A stretch of 64,000 bases of DNA from Dimorphilus gyrociliatus. Taxonomy: Eukaryota; Animalia; Annelida. The position numbers and the translations under genes were made by a program. Under the pieces are notes generated by a model, which saw nothing but the letters and a program-made list of their open reading frames with translations, ran no database searches and was not told the origin of the DNA. Within the stretch, counting starts at the first letter, position 1. Every line of letters starts with the position of its first letter. Positions 38,901 through 52,119 of the stretch are shown here, one piece after another. Where the stretch lies: positions 920,570 to 984,569 of the forward strand of contig CAJFCJ010000019.1 of assembly GCA_904063045.1 (NCBI GenBank), read 5' to 3'.

Positions 38901-41900
38901 TAAAAAATTCTAACAAGTATAAAGTATACATTTATGTAAAAGTTCATTAGCCAGCGTTTCCCATAATATACAAATACGTATGCATCAAATAATGTATAAT
39001 TCATGAATTCATAATAACCTTTGTTCTTAAATGGGGTTAAATCCTTAATATATAATATTATATTATATATGAAGCATTTGTACTTGCGGTATATACTGAA
39101 AAAAAAATTTTATACCGCAACTACTAAGGTAATACATTAAGTTGATTGATTATCTTGGTTCTGAAAAGTGTAATTTATCGGCTTTTATTAATTATAGAAA
39201 GATAAGGGAGTTAAAAATAAGGGAAAAAAAGCAATGACAAAGAGTATTTTGAGATAAATCGATAATAGTTAGAATACAATAATAATGATAATCATAATTT
39301 AATAATAATTGTACAACTTTCGATATCTATTGTTAAAAAAATTCTTCTATATTCTATTCTCGTTTTTTATTATTATCAATATTTACCCTTTTCTTTGTCC
39401 TATTTATAGAATAGAGGTAAGGGATTGGATATGAATGTACAAGAAGCCTGGGCGATGGGTTATACAGGAAAAGGTGTAGTCGTTACAATCCTAGATGATG
39501 GAATAGAGCGGAATCATCCTGATTTGAAAGATAACTATGTGAGTAGTTTTTCACTTTTAACATTTTTATGTACAGTATATCTTTTCATAATGCATTACGC
39601 ATACTAATAAGTAAAGTAAAAAACAATATACTAATATAAAAAAAGTAGTGATTTCTCTAAATTTTAGGTAAATAGAGAATATTAGAATTGCTTTTTTTTT
39701 CTCTTCAACTTTATTAAGTTGACTTTGTAAACACAATTTCTACTTTACACAGTAAAAATTTTTCTTTTTTTTTCTTTTTATAAATATCTACTTCCTGTTA
39801 AGACTATATTGTCAATAATCTTTGAAGTAAAAACAGCTAGAATAAAAGAAGAATTAACTTAGAAAATAGCATTTTGCTTTTAAATTATTTTGAGCTTAAT
39901 TGATTCGTTTATAAATTTTGACTAACTCTTTTCAAGAGGTGTTAAATTCTCAATGATTAAAAATGTTGTTTTTTTCCCCTCCCCCTCACCATTCTTAATA
40001 ATTAATAGATTATGTTATTGCTATATTTATCTTCTACAGGATCCTAAAGCAAGCTACGATGTTAATGATCACGATTCAGATCCAATTCCTAGGTACGATT
40101 TTGCCAATGAGAATAGGCACGGTACTAGATGTGCCGGTGAAGTTGCAGCCATTGCAAATAATACAATTTGCTCTGTGGGAATTGCCTATAAAGCTTCGAT
40201 TGGCGGAGTTCGCATGTTAGACGGTGATGTAACTGATGCCGTTGAAGCGCAAAGCTTATCCCTAAATCCTCAGCACATCGATATTTACAGCGTTAGCTGG
40301 GGACCAGATGACGATGGAAAAACAGTTGATGGACCAGCAAAGTTGGCCCTAAAGGCTTTTACCGACGGCGTTCGAGTTGGTAGAGGAGGGTTGGGGTCTA
40401 TATTCGTTTGGGCATCGGGTAACGGGGGACGTGACAAAGATTCGTGCAACTGTGATGGTTACACAAACTCTATTTATACTTTGAGTGTTTCGTCTGCAAC
40501 AGAAAATGGAAGGGTACCATGGTACAGTGAAGCTTGCTCTTCAACTCTTGCCACTACTTACAGCTCCGGCGGATCTGGTGAAAAACAGATTGTAACGACA
40601 GATTTAAGAAAAGGTTGTACTGAGACACATACTGGTACTTCCGCTTCAGCCCCATTGGCAGCCGGAATTGTTGCTCTTGCTTTACAGGCTAACAGCCAAT
40701 TAACATGGAGAGATATGCAGCATATAGTTGTTTTAAGTGCAAAACCTTATAAATTAAACGCTCCCGATTGGAAAACAAACGGAGTAGGTAGGCGAGTATC
40801 GCATTCTTACGGCTATGGCATGATGGATGCTACAGCCATGGTAAAATTATCTCAAAATTGGACCAACGTTCCGGAACAACAGCGTTGTGAAACACCATAT
40901 CTTAATGGCTCTAAGTCATTTTCCAAAAAATCGACTTTAAGCGTCTCCGTTCAAACGGACGGCTGCGGTCGTGTCAACTACTTAGAACACGTACAAGCAA
41001 TTGTCGAACTCTCAACCAGTTGTCGGGGAGAAATTTCTATCAAGCTAAAAAGCCCTAGTGGAACAGAGAGTGTGCTTTTAACCAAAAGGCCTAAGGACAA
41101 CTTTAAGAAGGGTTTCAAGAATTGGGCTTTCATGACAACACACTCCTGGGGTGAACTTTCCCATGGTTTATGGACTCTGAAAATAGATTCAGGTAACGCT
41201 GAGGGCAAGCTAGAATCGTGGAAGTTGGTAACTTGGGGAACAACCACTCCTCCATATCAGAAACCAAAACAAGAAACGTCAGGTTTGTACAACATTTATA
41301 AAGATTATTTCGGACGGATTGCGTCATACTCTAATTTCGAACACGATGTTTCGAAAAGTCCATTCCTTATCGCTCAAAAGCCTTTTATACTAACACTAGT
41401 CTTAATCTTTGTATTTCTAACAACATGTTAACTATGTATATCGAATGTTATAAAAGAAAATACCAAAATGTAAGGGAATTTTGAATATCATAGAAAGAAA
41501 CTGTAGACTTTTATTTGGAGTCGCACAATTAAAAGTTTATTTGCATGCTCTAATTCATAAAATACGATTGATTCGAATTTATATACATTCATATATTTTC
41601 TACTGTTGTTTACTTAAAGATAATCAAATTTATATATATATTTATATATATATATATATTTTGTTAACAAATTTTCATCGAGAACTCACCGCTAATATTT
41701 TATTGTCTATTTTAAATGATATATCTTTTGCGTATGTCTTTTTTTTTTTCCTATTTTCTCTATTTCTCTTCTTCTCTCTCTTTTACGCATTTCATCTACT
41801 AAACAAGAGAAAATAATATATAGAATAAATAAACAAAAAATAAACAAAAATACAAAATAAACAAAAATACAAAATATCTTATTTGACCTTTGATACGATG

Positions 41901-43105
41901 ATTTTAAATATAAATCCAAACTGGTGAGTCCGTAATTATAAACAGAAAGTTAGATTATTTTTTTTTTCTTCCATTTTTCATCCTTAATTACAAGTAAAAA
42001 GAGCATGAGTAATTTCTTTCTTCTCTTTTTTTATCATATATACATATATAGTGTACATACATTTTTTTTTAGTTAGATAAGTCGCAAAAACAAAGATATA
42101 TTATCTATATAAATTTTATTTATACTACAGAATAACGTATACTTTTTGTTTATCTACTTAACCTTATACGTCTTTGTTTTTGTGTTTTTTGTTCTAGTAT
42201 TATAAATAGAAAAAAAGTGGAGTAAAGTACTTATTTATGATACATTTTATTATTTTTATTATAGTTGAATATTAAAATTAAGTGCACAGTATAGAAAAAA
42301 ATTCAAAATTCCATTAAAAATCTGTTAGTTGAACTAATCTTAGATTATATAAAGTATATATATACATATTTTATTTCTTGTTTATATTGCATGCTATAAA
42401 ATAACAGTAGTTGATTATAATTATATTATAAATATAAGTAAAATTTAGGGTTTTAAAGGATCAACTTACAATTTTAGCCAAAATTAAGACAATTAAAATA
42501 AATCTATGAATTATTAAATGGATTTTAAAGTAAGATTAGTAGTTGGTCCTTTAACCTCGAAAAAACTTATTATTCTATATCAGTACAAGCAACTAATGAA
42601 TAATTTGCAATTTTCAGTACCAATCTGTCACGAAGGCGAATATTTTTTAGAAGGCTACTGCTATAAGCAATGTCCTGTTAACTTTTACGAAATGAATACG
42701 ACCTCTTCCACGAATTCAACTGGCTCTTGTTTGCCTTGTCATAAATCCTGTCAGCGTTGTAACGGAGAGCTAGAATCAAACTGCATACAGTGTAAGGATG
42801 GTTGGAAATTAACAAACGAAACCTTTTGCACTCATTTAGGAAAATCTATAAACTCTTTTGCAGTTCTAGTTATACAGGAAAAAGATTGGACAAAAATAAC
42901 AATTATGTCAATCATTTTCGGAAGTGTAGCTCTTACTATTGTAGTTATTGCACTAGTGATAATCGTAATACGAAAGAAACACGGTAAAGGCGAATATAAA
43001 AACTATGATCAAGATGCGGGTAATCCCCTTTTAAGTAATGGACTATCGGATGGTAATGAATTCGCCTATTTTGACGATGTCGAGAAATCTGCGGCTCCGA
43101 TTTAA
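35979..43105 (+). CDS. FURIN: Furin-like proprotein convertase (734 aa TM form; 621 aa read-through form ending at 41431)
   Basis: Exons 35979-36134, 37069-37167, 38027-38116, 39410-39538, 40040-41282, 42618-43105. Signal peptide, prodomain, SRVKR autocleavage site, triad ILDDG / RHGTRCAGE / GTSASAP, oxyanion SGNGG, P-domain, Cys-rich repeat, TM, Tyr/acidic tail. Confidence 0.92.
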
Positions 43106-43528
43106 GATATTCTGTGATAAATATAGGTATAAATTTAGCGATTTCATAAGGAAAATAAAATTAACTATAAAAACATGACAATGTAGCTCAAAAACAACAT
43201 TTCTACCTTAATTCTTTACCATCTCTGTTAAATGACGAATGCTTGAAAAACAAATTTTTGGCACTTTAATTGAAAAGCAGAACAATTTTCAACTATGACT
43301 TTATTTTAAAAAAAATGGTAAAACTTATGATTTCATTGTCTGTATTAATCGTTATAAATTGTTTTATTTTTTCTTTTTATATAAGCTAAATATGACAACG
43401 TGTATCTATATCCAAATACTATACTGCAGTTTTAGTAAGACCGTTGAAATTCTATTCCATATGTTTTAGCTTGTTTTTTATTTTTTAAGAAATCTGTCTA
43501 AATATACATTGAATATATAGATATACAG

Positions 43529-43560
<32 letters not shown>

Positions 43561-43615
43561 CAGTATATATCTTATGCATAAAATACAATATACATTATTA
43601 ATATATACAACTGTA

Positions 43616-45106
43616 TTATTTCTTATATATCTTCAATATTTCAAATTTAGCGGTTCTGTCGTAAAGGAATATCTCATCACAATTAGCTGGCGATAACAAT
43701 TGGAATAAAAGTTCACTTTCATCTGAAATTTTTAAACAATTTAATAAGAGTAACGAATATCTTGGTAATATTTACCTAAAGTCTTCTTAAAAAGCTCAGA
43801 GGTATCTTCATTCCTTATTGTTGATGCTATAAATATTTGACAATTTTCATTAAACTTTAGTAGAATGTTTAAAATGTTTATTAAAGGTTTTATTATTCGT
43901 AGATCGTAGACAACATCTATAAGGAAAGAAACAAAAACAATAATATAAAAAATATAATAGTATAATTTAATTACAGTTGATGACCTGTAGCTAAAACGAT
44001 GTCCGTGGTTAGATTATCACATTTATCAAGGGCTTCCCAATCTAGTTTGTTCGCTCTGCAGGGAGTTTCTAATTACAAAATAAAATAAGGATTTATTGAA
44101 TAAATAAATAAAAATATGCAAAGAAAAAAAAATCAGCAGAGATTGTAGAATACCTGAAAAATTCAATTTAAAATTTTCCTTAATATTATCAAGAACTTCT
44201 TCATTACAATCCGTAAACGTAAAGTTAATTTTACTATTTATCTTTTGCAAGAATATCCCAAGAAATCCTATTCCAGATCCTAATTCTAGAATTTGTTTAT
44301 CATTTACAACATTTCTCATTTCTTCTGTTAAAAGAAATTCGGCAAAGTATAAAGCTGCTGGCCAAGTTCTCAGTCCAGTAGTTCCCTTCGATACTAAACT
44401 TGTCGATTCCCTTAGCGTTACATATTCATTTCCTGGCTAACAGAATTTCATTTAGCTATAAAGCATTCTCAAATAGAGAATTTTTTTTATATAAACTTGG
44501 TAAATAACCTAAATATATATATATAAAACTTACTATTTGGTAAGAAACAAAAGTTCTATCATCGCTATCATTCTCCGAGTTTAAACAATATTGAAATTTT
44601 TCATAAATACTATTTTCTACTTCAATATTAAAAGATTCCAGCTTGAAAAGAATAGGAAAAAAATTAAGAAGAAGAATTATTAATAACAACCAAACATCAT
44701 TTGATGTATATTTTGTATGAGTTTCTTTATCAATCATATGTGGATTGCTAAGAGCTTTCTCTAATATATTATGAATATATTTTCTAAATATATTTACATT
44801 CTATATGGTATACATATGTAAACAAAAGAAACCTACTTTATAGATTAACTGTTTGCAAAAATTCCTTAAATAGGACTTATTCGGAGGATATTTTTCCATT
44901 AACCGATGATTTAAAGATACATTTAATATTCTTTCCTGGATATCTTCTGTAGTCCAAAATTCATCCGTTACCTAGATATATAAACAGAGATTATTCGATT
45001 ATCTTTTACAATATATTCCTAAATTAATAACCTTATTAAAAATAGTTTTGACGGATATATTTTGAAAGAAATGTTTACTAATTTCGTTGAGGATATTTTC
45101 GGACAT
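43616..45106 (-). CDS. EEF2KMT: Protein-lysine N-methyltransferase EEF2KMT/FAM86A, 310 aa, 7 exons
   Basis: Exons 45106-45032, 44971-44837, 44641-44534, 44436-44154, 44068-43985, 43916-43776, 43722-43616 (933 nt). FAM86 N-domain KYPP..Y..F; GTTGLRTWPAALY, ILELGSGIG, FTDC, LATDVVYD, ASTIRNEDT. Confidence 0.9.
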
Positions 45107-45679
45107 TTCGTTTAACAAACAACTTTAACTTAGTTCCTTTAGTTTGTCATTAAGTTACGGTTCTCTAGGGATTTAAAGTTTAATCTTTAAACCATATGCA
45201 ATACGATATTGTATCGATATTTACAATCGTTTTTAATTTTTCGTAAATCGGCTTGTTTACTCGATATAACTATTATTAGTGGATTATTAACATCTGTTGC
45301 AGTTTAGCAAATATTACAATTTACTCCAAGTTAGATTTCTGAACTAATTTATATGTCTTTACAGTCTTAGATAATAGATCGTTTGTTAATTGAGTTTGAA
45401 TATTTCTCAAAAAGAGGAAAATAAAACACATGTACAAGCAGACGACGTTATATATATATAACTTTATATCGCTCAGATGTAGTTTTATATATAAAATTTT
45501 ATTTTTTAAAAATAATTATAATAGTGTAATTTATTAATTAATTAGAAATAACACTTTGTATACTGTATATATAAACATAGAAGTTAGTTGCACATATATA
45601 AAAACTAAGATAGATGTCACTGCTGATAGTCTGAGAAGGTTCAACGCAAGAATTACAAAATATTCTTATTCTCTTTACA

Positions 45680-46429
45680 ATGGCGCAAGCATCTAGAATA
45701 AAACATATATTTATTACCGGACCTCCAGGTTTGTTATCATTTCGCTTAAGTGTGACTTTAAATAAACTTTTTACAAATAGGTATTGGAAAAACAACACTA
45801 ATTCGACGAGTACACGAAGAGTTAACAAAGAAGAACATTAAATGTAGAGGCTTCTATACAGAAGAACTTCGAGAGAGAAGTGGTCGTATTGGTTTTGATA
45901 TTGTAACTTTGGATAACGAAAGACAATCGCTAGCCCGACTTAGGTAGTCTATTGAAATCTGTACAACTATAAAAATGTATATACCATGCCATGTTTTTGT
46001 TAGTTCCTTATGTCCTGCCGAAAAAGGACCTCAAGTAGGTCGCTATACGGTGAATTTAAGGTCTTTTGAATCATTAGCTGTCGACTCTCTAAGTACGAAT
46101 GGGGTAAGATAATATTGCTGTTAAACGTATGATTAACCTTTGTTAAGTCTTGGTATATACTTCTCTTTCAGAACAAAATTTGTATCGTTGACGAAATTGG
46201 GAAAATGGAGTTGTTTAGCGAAAAATTTAAGAAAGCTGTAACTGAACTTTTCAAGCAGGACCTAATTATTTTAGCAACAGTTCCTGAAAAAAGATTTGGT
46301 TCATCTTTAAATTTTGTCGAAAACTTATGCAAACGTTCCGACGTGAAACTAATAACAATAGCTAGATCTAATAGAGATCAAATGGTTTCAGAAGTTTTAA
46401 ATTCACTACTATCTATGAGCGACTTATAA
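45680..46429 (+). CDS. NTPCR: Cancer-related nucleoside-triphosphatase (THEP1 family), 4 exons
   Basis: Exons 45680-45728, 45781-45943, 46004-46103, 46172-46429. Walker A ITGPPGIGKTT, GFYTEE, RIGFDIV, VGRYTV, Walker B IVDEIGKMELFS. Confidence 0.93.
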
Positions 46430-46556
46430 ACAATAAAGGAAGCAAATTCACTCAAATAACATAATTTATTTCTTCTATAAACTTAATAGTAGAAAATGGT
46501 TTGGTTTTTTACTCTTTTTTGGCCAGCTGCTATTTAAATGCTTGCCAACAGAAATA

Positions 46557-49500
46557 TTAATAATGCATATAACGCATGGGTTGAACCATTCTTGAATAAG
46601 GTGAAGTAGGGAAAGGAACTGTTGGTTGCCTGAATGGAAAGTTTCGTGGATCTATTGCAAAATTCCATTTTAGCATATCATGTTGAATTTGATTCATATT
46701 GGATATGCCCATTTGAGAAAATTGGTTCATAAAGTATGCTGCTTGTTGGGAATTGACACAGCCTCCATATTTGCTAAGGTCATTACGTTGAGGCATCATT
46801 GATAAATCAGCAAGATTCGAGTCTTGCGTACTGGAGGTAGGATCATTTGTTTCAGTAGTAGAGTCTAGTTCAGTGATTTCCAGACCAGGCTCTTCTGCAG
46901 GAGTTTCCTGCATATTAATATACCTTTCGTTTGCTTTCTTCTTTCTAAGTTCACTGGAGAGAATTTCTTCAAAGCCATATAAGCATTCATTCATTTCTTT
47001 TACTTCATCAGTTAATTTTTGTCTCTTTTGAGGACTGCAATCGTCTTCTCTCAGTCGTTTGCCGAAAATGTCTTGTTCACTTTTAATTATATTCATGTAT
47101 CGGTCAATATCATCGTAAAGTTTATCATGTAAGTCTTTATAAGCTAGTTGTGCACACTTTATAAGGTATGAGCTACAATTAACAAAAATCATTATTTTAG
47201 GAAGATCTTCAAATTTATAAAAAAAGTTTTCATCTTTGCTGTCTCCAGTCTCTTTAGAAATTTTTTCTAATATTCTGCAGTGTCTCTCAACCGACATTAC
47301 CAAGGTTCTACTATCAAATTTTTTACGTAGTTTCCTAGATGTCTCTTGAGTTATCATTTTAGATAAATCTTTTTCAGAAATGTAAGACGTTAATTCGGCA
47401 TCAAAAATAGCTGTTAGAAGAATTTTAACCAAAAAACCTCCAATATTCACGTGTCTAATTTCAATGTTATATTCATTTTCGTCATTTAAACTGTTAACTT
47501 CTGGACTTTCAATGACTTCAACAGCACCAAAGTGAGTTTCACTAATTCCGCTATCAAACATTCTCCTTGGAGTTATTTCGGCCAGTTTCTTCTCCAACAG
47601 CAGATCAGTTACTAAAGAAGTAAAGAAAATTAATCTAAATTAAATGCTGATAAATGAACGACTCGCTACAAACCTGGCATATGCTTATCATCGCCGATCA
47701 CACAGTATATGACATTATTATCATTAACATATCGTACTCCACAGAAAACGACTTTTGTTTGTACATAGTTTAAAAATACTTCTTTGGCTTCTTTACTCCA
47801 GTACCCTCCTACTCCTTTTACTCCAAATAAGCAAGCCCTTAGGGCTTGAGCTTGTAATTGCATAAAACGAGTTGTTATGTGACATACATTTTTTATCTCA
47901 ACAGAGGAAATCTCTCCGTAATCAACAAAGTAAATAGAGACTACTTTTGTAGATTTGACATCCAGTACGGTACCTCGCTGCCAATCTCCCTCATGATATG
48001 CAACACAACATCTTCCAGTTACGATATCTTCATTCTTCATTCTATATTGCTCTCTATTGATGGAATTGGTGTAGAAAGCTTCCAGTTCATCCATTAATGT
48101 TTTCAGAGCAACTGTCGTTCTCTCTCCCCATATTTGCAGCCAAAAGTGGGACGGATTGAGGACCATACTCACTTCAACATAAATGCTTTCAGCTTTTGAA
48201 GGAAGTGGTGCTTTTATGGAACGATAACAGGTACCAATGCGCGGTACATCTGAAGGTAAATCTCGTGCAAAATGGCAATAAACCCTCTTTAATTTCCTCT
48301 GTGGTTGAACATATGATTCTTTTGTATTCAAACAAATTTTTTCACGTCCATCATTCAAGTCAATCATTATTACAAGGCTATTTCCAGCTAGCTTAAAGAG
48401 ATCTCTAAAGCTGTTACACCCGTAGTCTTCTAAGTAAATCCTTGAATCATATCTTTGTTTATAGGCCTGACAGAACTCTTCAACTGTAAGACATTCGACC
48501 TTGGTCATAGAACGAACAATTTCAACCATTCTGTTTTCAAGAATTTCAATTGGTAGAATTTGATCATTCACTTGGATTGTTTCATTTGCAAATGAACTTT
48601 CACTTATTGTTCGTGGAGGAGATTCGTTCAACAAAGAATGACTTTCTGCAGAATTTAGTGAAAACTGGCTTTGTCCTAAGCTCGACAATGAAAAATTGTG
48701 AGTGAGCTTCGATGAAGAAAAGCTATCGCTAGCTTTCGATGAAAAAAACGTTTCACTAGATACTTTAACTTCTTGATCAGAATCTTGGCTATCGTCGAAA
48801 GATGTATTTACTAATACTTTGTTACGAAGCTGTTTTTCATCAACAGAGACTTTGACTTTACTTGAAGGATCTAAAATTGAGGTTTAGCATTTTAAATTTT
48901 GTTTCTAATGCTCCTAAAAAAAACTATTATAACAATTATAATAAATGAACACATTTCACACACTCAGTCTAACATGGAACAATGAATGAACACTTTTAAA
49001 CTTAGGTACTAGAAACCAAAAATAAGAACTAGAGTAAATTGCTAAAGAGTTCAGTTATAATTATTGTAATGATTATGTATTAAAAACCTTGTTCTGATAA
49101 GATAAGCGTTTCAAATATTAAATATTAATAACAATACAATAGCAATAATGGTAAGAATAATATTAAATTTAAGTTAAAGGGGCAAATTTTTTTTATGAAA
49201 TTTTGAATTTATCACTATATTGTCGTATATTTGTTTATAAATCGATTTTCGGGGATTATGAAGGTGCTCTCATATCAACAATAAATCAGAATCTGTTAAG
49301 AAAAGTATATTTTTTTTTATTAAAGCAAGAAAATTAGCTTTCACTTTTTTTTTATCAAATTAAATTATTCTCTTTTGAATTGTAATAAATCTTAATAAAT
49401 TATTTTAAATTTCGGTGTCATATTTCTGACTATTGCTACCTATAGGTTCTCAAAACTTGGACATTCTGAAATTTATACGACAACTGAAAAGAATAAAAAA

Positions 49501-50710
49501 CACTAATCATGCTAAAGAGGAATAAGAAAATCTATTCAGCCATAAAGCAGTTACCTGATTTAATAGGTTCCTCTACTATATACCTTCTCCTTAACACTCC
49601 TCTTCCTTCGTCTAAAATATAATAATAGCTGACATTAATATCAGGGTATTGATATAATAATTTGCAAACTATAAGTTATTACCATCCGCAATTCTTACGT
49701 AAACCGCTTTTAAAAGAATTTCTCCATCCTTTCTATACATATGTAGAATCTCTGGCATTTTCTCACAGAGTTCTCTGACGTTTGATGATCTATGAGTGTT
49801 CAATTTTAAATCGCGTTTAAATTTTAATCTGAATGCTTCGCTAAAATCTCTCAAAGGAAGATCTTCAGGTCCTACTTCAATTAACATGTCTCTTACAGCT
49901 ATAACAAATGACTTCTTCAGGAAGCATTTATGCGGTCCATTACAATCTTCTGAATCTTCTACCTTGCATATTAGCTTTACCATCTTCCCTTTCATATTTT
50001 CAACAATTTCTGTAGTTTCCTTCTCAAATGTTGTTGGCTATCGACAAGGAAAAAGATTTGGCGATTATTTAAAAAAAAATTTAATATAGAAGTTTGTTAT
50101 TAATGGATGAATTAATGAGTAAATAAATATAGGTATTTTTTTTTTATTGAGTACAATTTAAGGCGTATTTCGCCAACCAAATACTTTTTACTGTCTATTA
50201 CAATTGAAATGTTTAGACGGTGTTATATAAAAGGTAGTACTTTAATTCCTCTTATCTAATTCGTTCAAGAATCAATTAAAGAGTAAAAATTACGTTAAGT
50301 ATAAAATTTCTAACCTTATGTCGAATTTCATGTCTCATATTTTTTCTCATTTCCATGCCAGTATTAACACGTGTTCTAAATCTTGCTGCCTTTTCTTCAG
50401 TTTTAACTCTCTTTTCTAGGTCGACTTTTTTAGTTTTCTGACCTCTGACCAGTTTGGCAATTTGTTCGTCTTTCTTAGTTGCTTGACCGTAAACAAGATA
50501 GATACCATTCAAGAATACCAGCTTCCCAACGTCTGGATTCTTTTCAAAATATTCTACCTCCGACCGATATCCTATCTTCTTGAACGGAATAATAGGACGA
50601 ACATGAAGTAGTTCTCCGTATGATTTGTGCAACTCCGCAAAGGTTTGACCATGTGGTGCTGAGATTAAAATTGCACGTATTATCGACTTCATTTCTTCGG
50701 CTTCCTCCAT
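46557..50710 (-). CDS. TDRD5: Tudor domain-containing protein 5 / tejas-like (3 LOTUS + 1 extended Tudor), ~1,019 aa, 5 exons
   Basis: Exons 50710-50315, 50037-49683, 49611-49555, 48870-47674, 47611-46557 (3,060 nt). N-terminal extended LOTUS (IRAILIS..Y..L..IPFKKIGY..IAKLVRGQK), two more LOTUS, Tudor (NPSHFWLQ, WQRG, FVDYG, LQAQA). Confidence 0.85.
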
Positions 50711-50886
50711 TCTTCTAGTTTTCTTATGGACTTTCTTACCTTCAAATTAATAAACTATTATAGACAACAAGAAAAAAGAAAAAAATATGATAAAACAACA
50801 ATAAAAAGTCAAAATACTTGGAATTTCGTAATATCAACTCCCCGATGTGAGTTAACTTTTTAACTTATGGATAGTCGTCATTGACT

Positions 50887-51031
50887 GCTGATTGGTTACA
50901 TAAAAAACCCTCTTCAAACGCTGATTGGTCCACTCGTATTTAGCGCCAAAAGACATTTCGGAAAATCAATAGTAATAAAAAAAATACGAAAATGATGATA
51001 CCTAATCGAAACTGGACTGCAAAAATGGCGG
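50887..51031. promoter_or_regulatory. Bidirectional TDRD5/GID8 promoter with twin CCAAT boxes, an E2F-like site and a YY1 site
   Basis: GCTGATTGGT at 50887 and 50920; TAGCGCCAAA (rc TTTGGCGC) at 50941; AAAATGGCGG at 51022. A 5'UTR intron 51079-51334 precedes GID8. Confidence 0.55.
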
Positions 51032-51343
51032 TTGTGTAGTTGCATATTATCTGCTACTCTGAGTCAGTGTTTTTAAAGGTAAATACAAGTAGAAGTTAGT
51101 TTCGTTTGTCTGCAATAAAATACATTGACAAATTTAGAAAAATAGTATGTAATTGTGTTCGATATGCCAGTTTATATTCTAAGTGTAGCAGTGTAGACTA
51201 GGATTGCATGAAGCCAGCGGTATTGAGTTAAGTTACTGATTGTTTAATAGAGATAACATTTTACTAACCCTCCTCTCCCATCTTTGTTTGGAGTTGTTGT
51301 ATTCTAATTTATGCCACTGGTTTCATGATTTCAGAGTATACCA

Positions 51344-52033
51344 ATGAGCGCTGAAAGAACCGACGTAAGCGAAAAAGAGAAATGGATGCAAATGATGAAT
51401 CAAATGCACTTCTCCCGAACTGAAATGAACAGCTTGATTATGGATTACTTAGTAGCAGAGGGCTTCAAAGAGGCTGCTGAAAAATTCAGCATGGAGTCTG
51501 GAATTCAACCTAAAGAAGATCTAGATGAACTTGATAAAAGGATTAAGATTAGGGAGGCAATTCAAAACGGAAATTTAATTGAAGCCATGTCCATTGTGAA
51601 TAATTATTATCCTGAACTGTTAGACACAAACCCTCGCTTATTTTTTCTTTTGCATCAGCAACATCTTATTGAACTGATACGAGATGGAAAAATAATGGAA
51701 GCCATTGAATATGCCCACTCTACAATGTCTGAGCAAGCAGAACAAAATTCTGAATTACGTTTAGACCTAGAAAAGACCTTGGCGTTGCTGGCATTCGAAA
51801 AACCTGAGAACTCCCCTTTTGGCGACCTTTTGAGACCAGCTCAAAGACAGCGAGTTGCTAGTGAACTAAATGCTGCTGTTCTTGAAATGGAAGATAAAGC
51901 CAATGCCACTCAGTTAACTATGTCTTTGAAACAATTATACTGGGCTCAAGATGTTCTAGAGAAGCAGAAAATTTCTTTTCCCTTTCTCTCTGATTTAACA
52001 AGTGCAACATTTCAAACTGGCAAATTGACTTAA
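51344..52033 (+). CDS. GID8: GID complex subunit 8 (TWA1; LisH-CTLH-CRA), 229 aa, intronless CDS
   Basis: LisH MNSLIMDYLVAEGFKEAAEKFSMESG; CTLH RIKIREAIQNG..; LEKTLALLAFEKPENSPFGDLL; RQRVASELNAA. Confidence 0.95.
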   Translation: MSAERTDVSEKEKWMQMMNQMHFSRTEMNSLIMDYLVAEGFKEAAEKFSMESGIQPKEDLDELDKRIKIREAIQNGNLIEAMSIVNNYYPELLDTNPRLFFLLHQQHLIELIRDGKIMEAIEYAHSTMSEQAEQNSELRLDLEKTLALLAFEKPENSPFGDLLRPAQRQRVASELNAAVLEMEDKANATQLTMSLKQLYWAQDVLEKQKISFPFLSDLTSATFQTGKLT

Positions 52034-52119
52034 ATTTCTAGTTTTTACAATATATTATTTAATTTTTCGTTTGAATATTTTCTAGTTTGTATATTTATTT
52101 AATCGTTGCATTGCAGAAT

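Noticed and set aside
49440-49483. Strong minus-strand acceptor and donor in TDRD5 intron 3
   Set aside because: Inclusion gives an immediate stop. It could be a poison exon, but nothing beyond the splice-like sites supports that.
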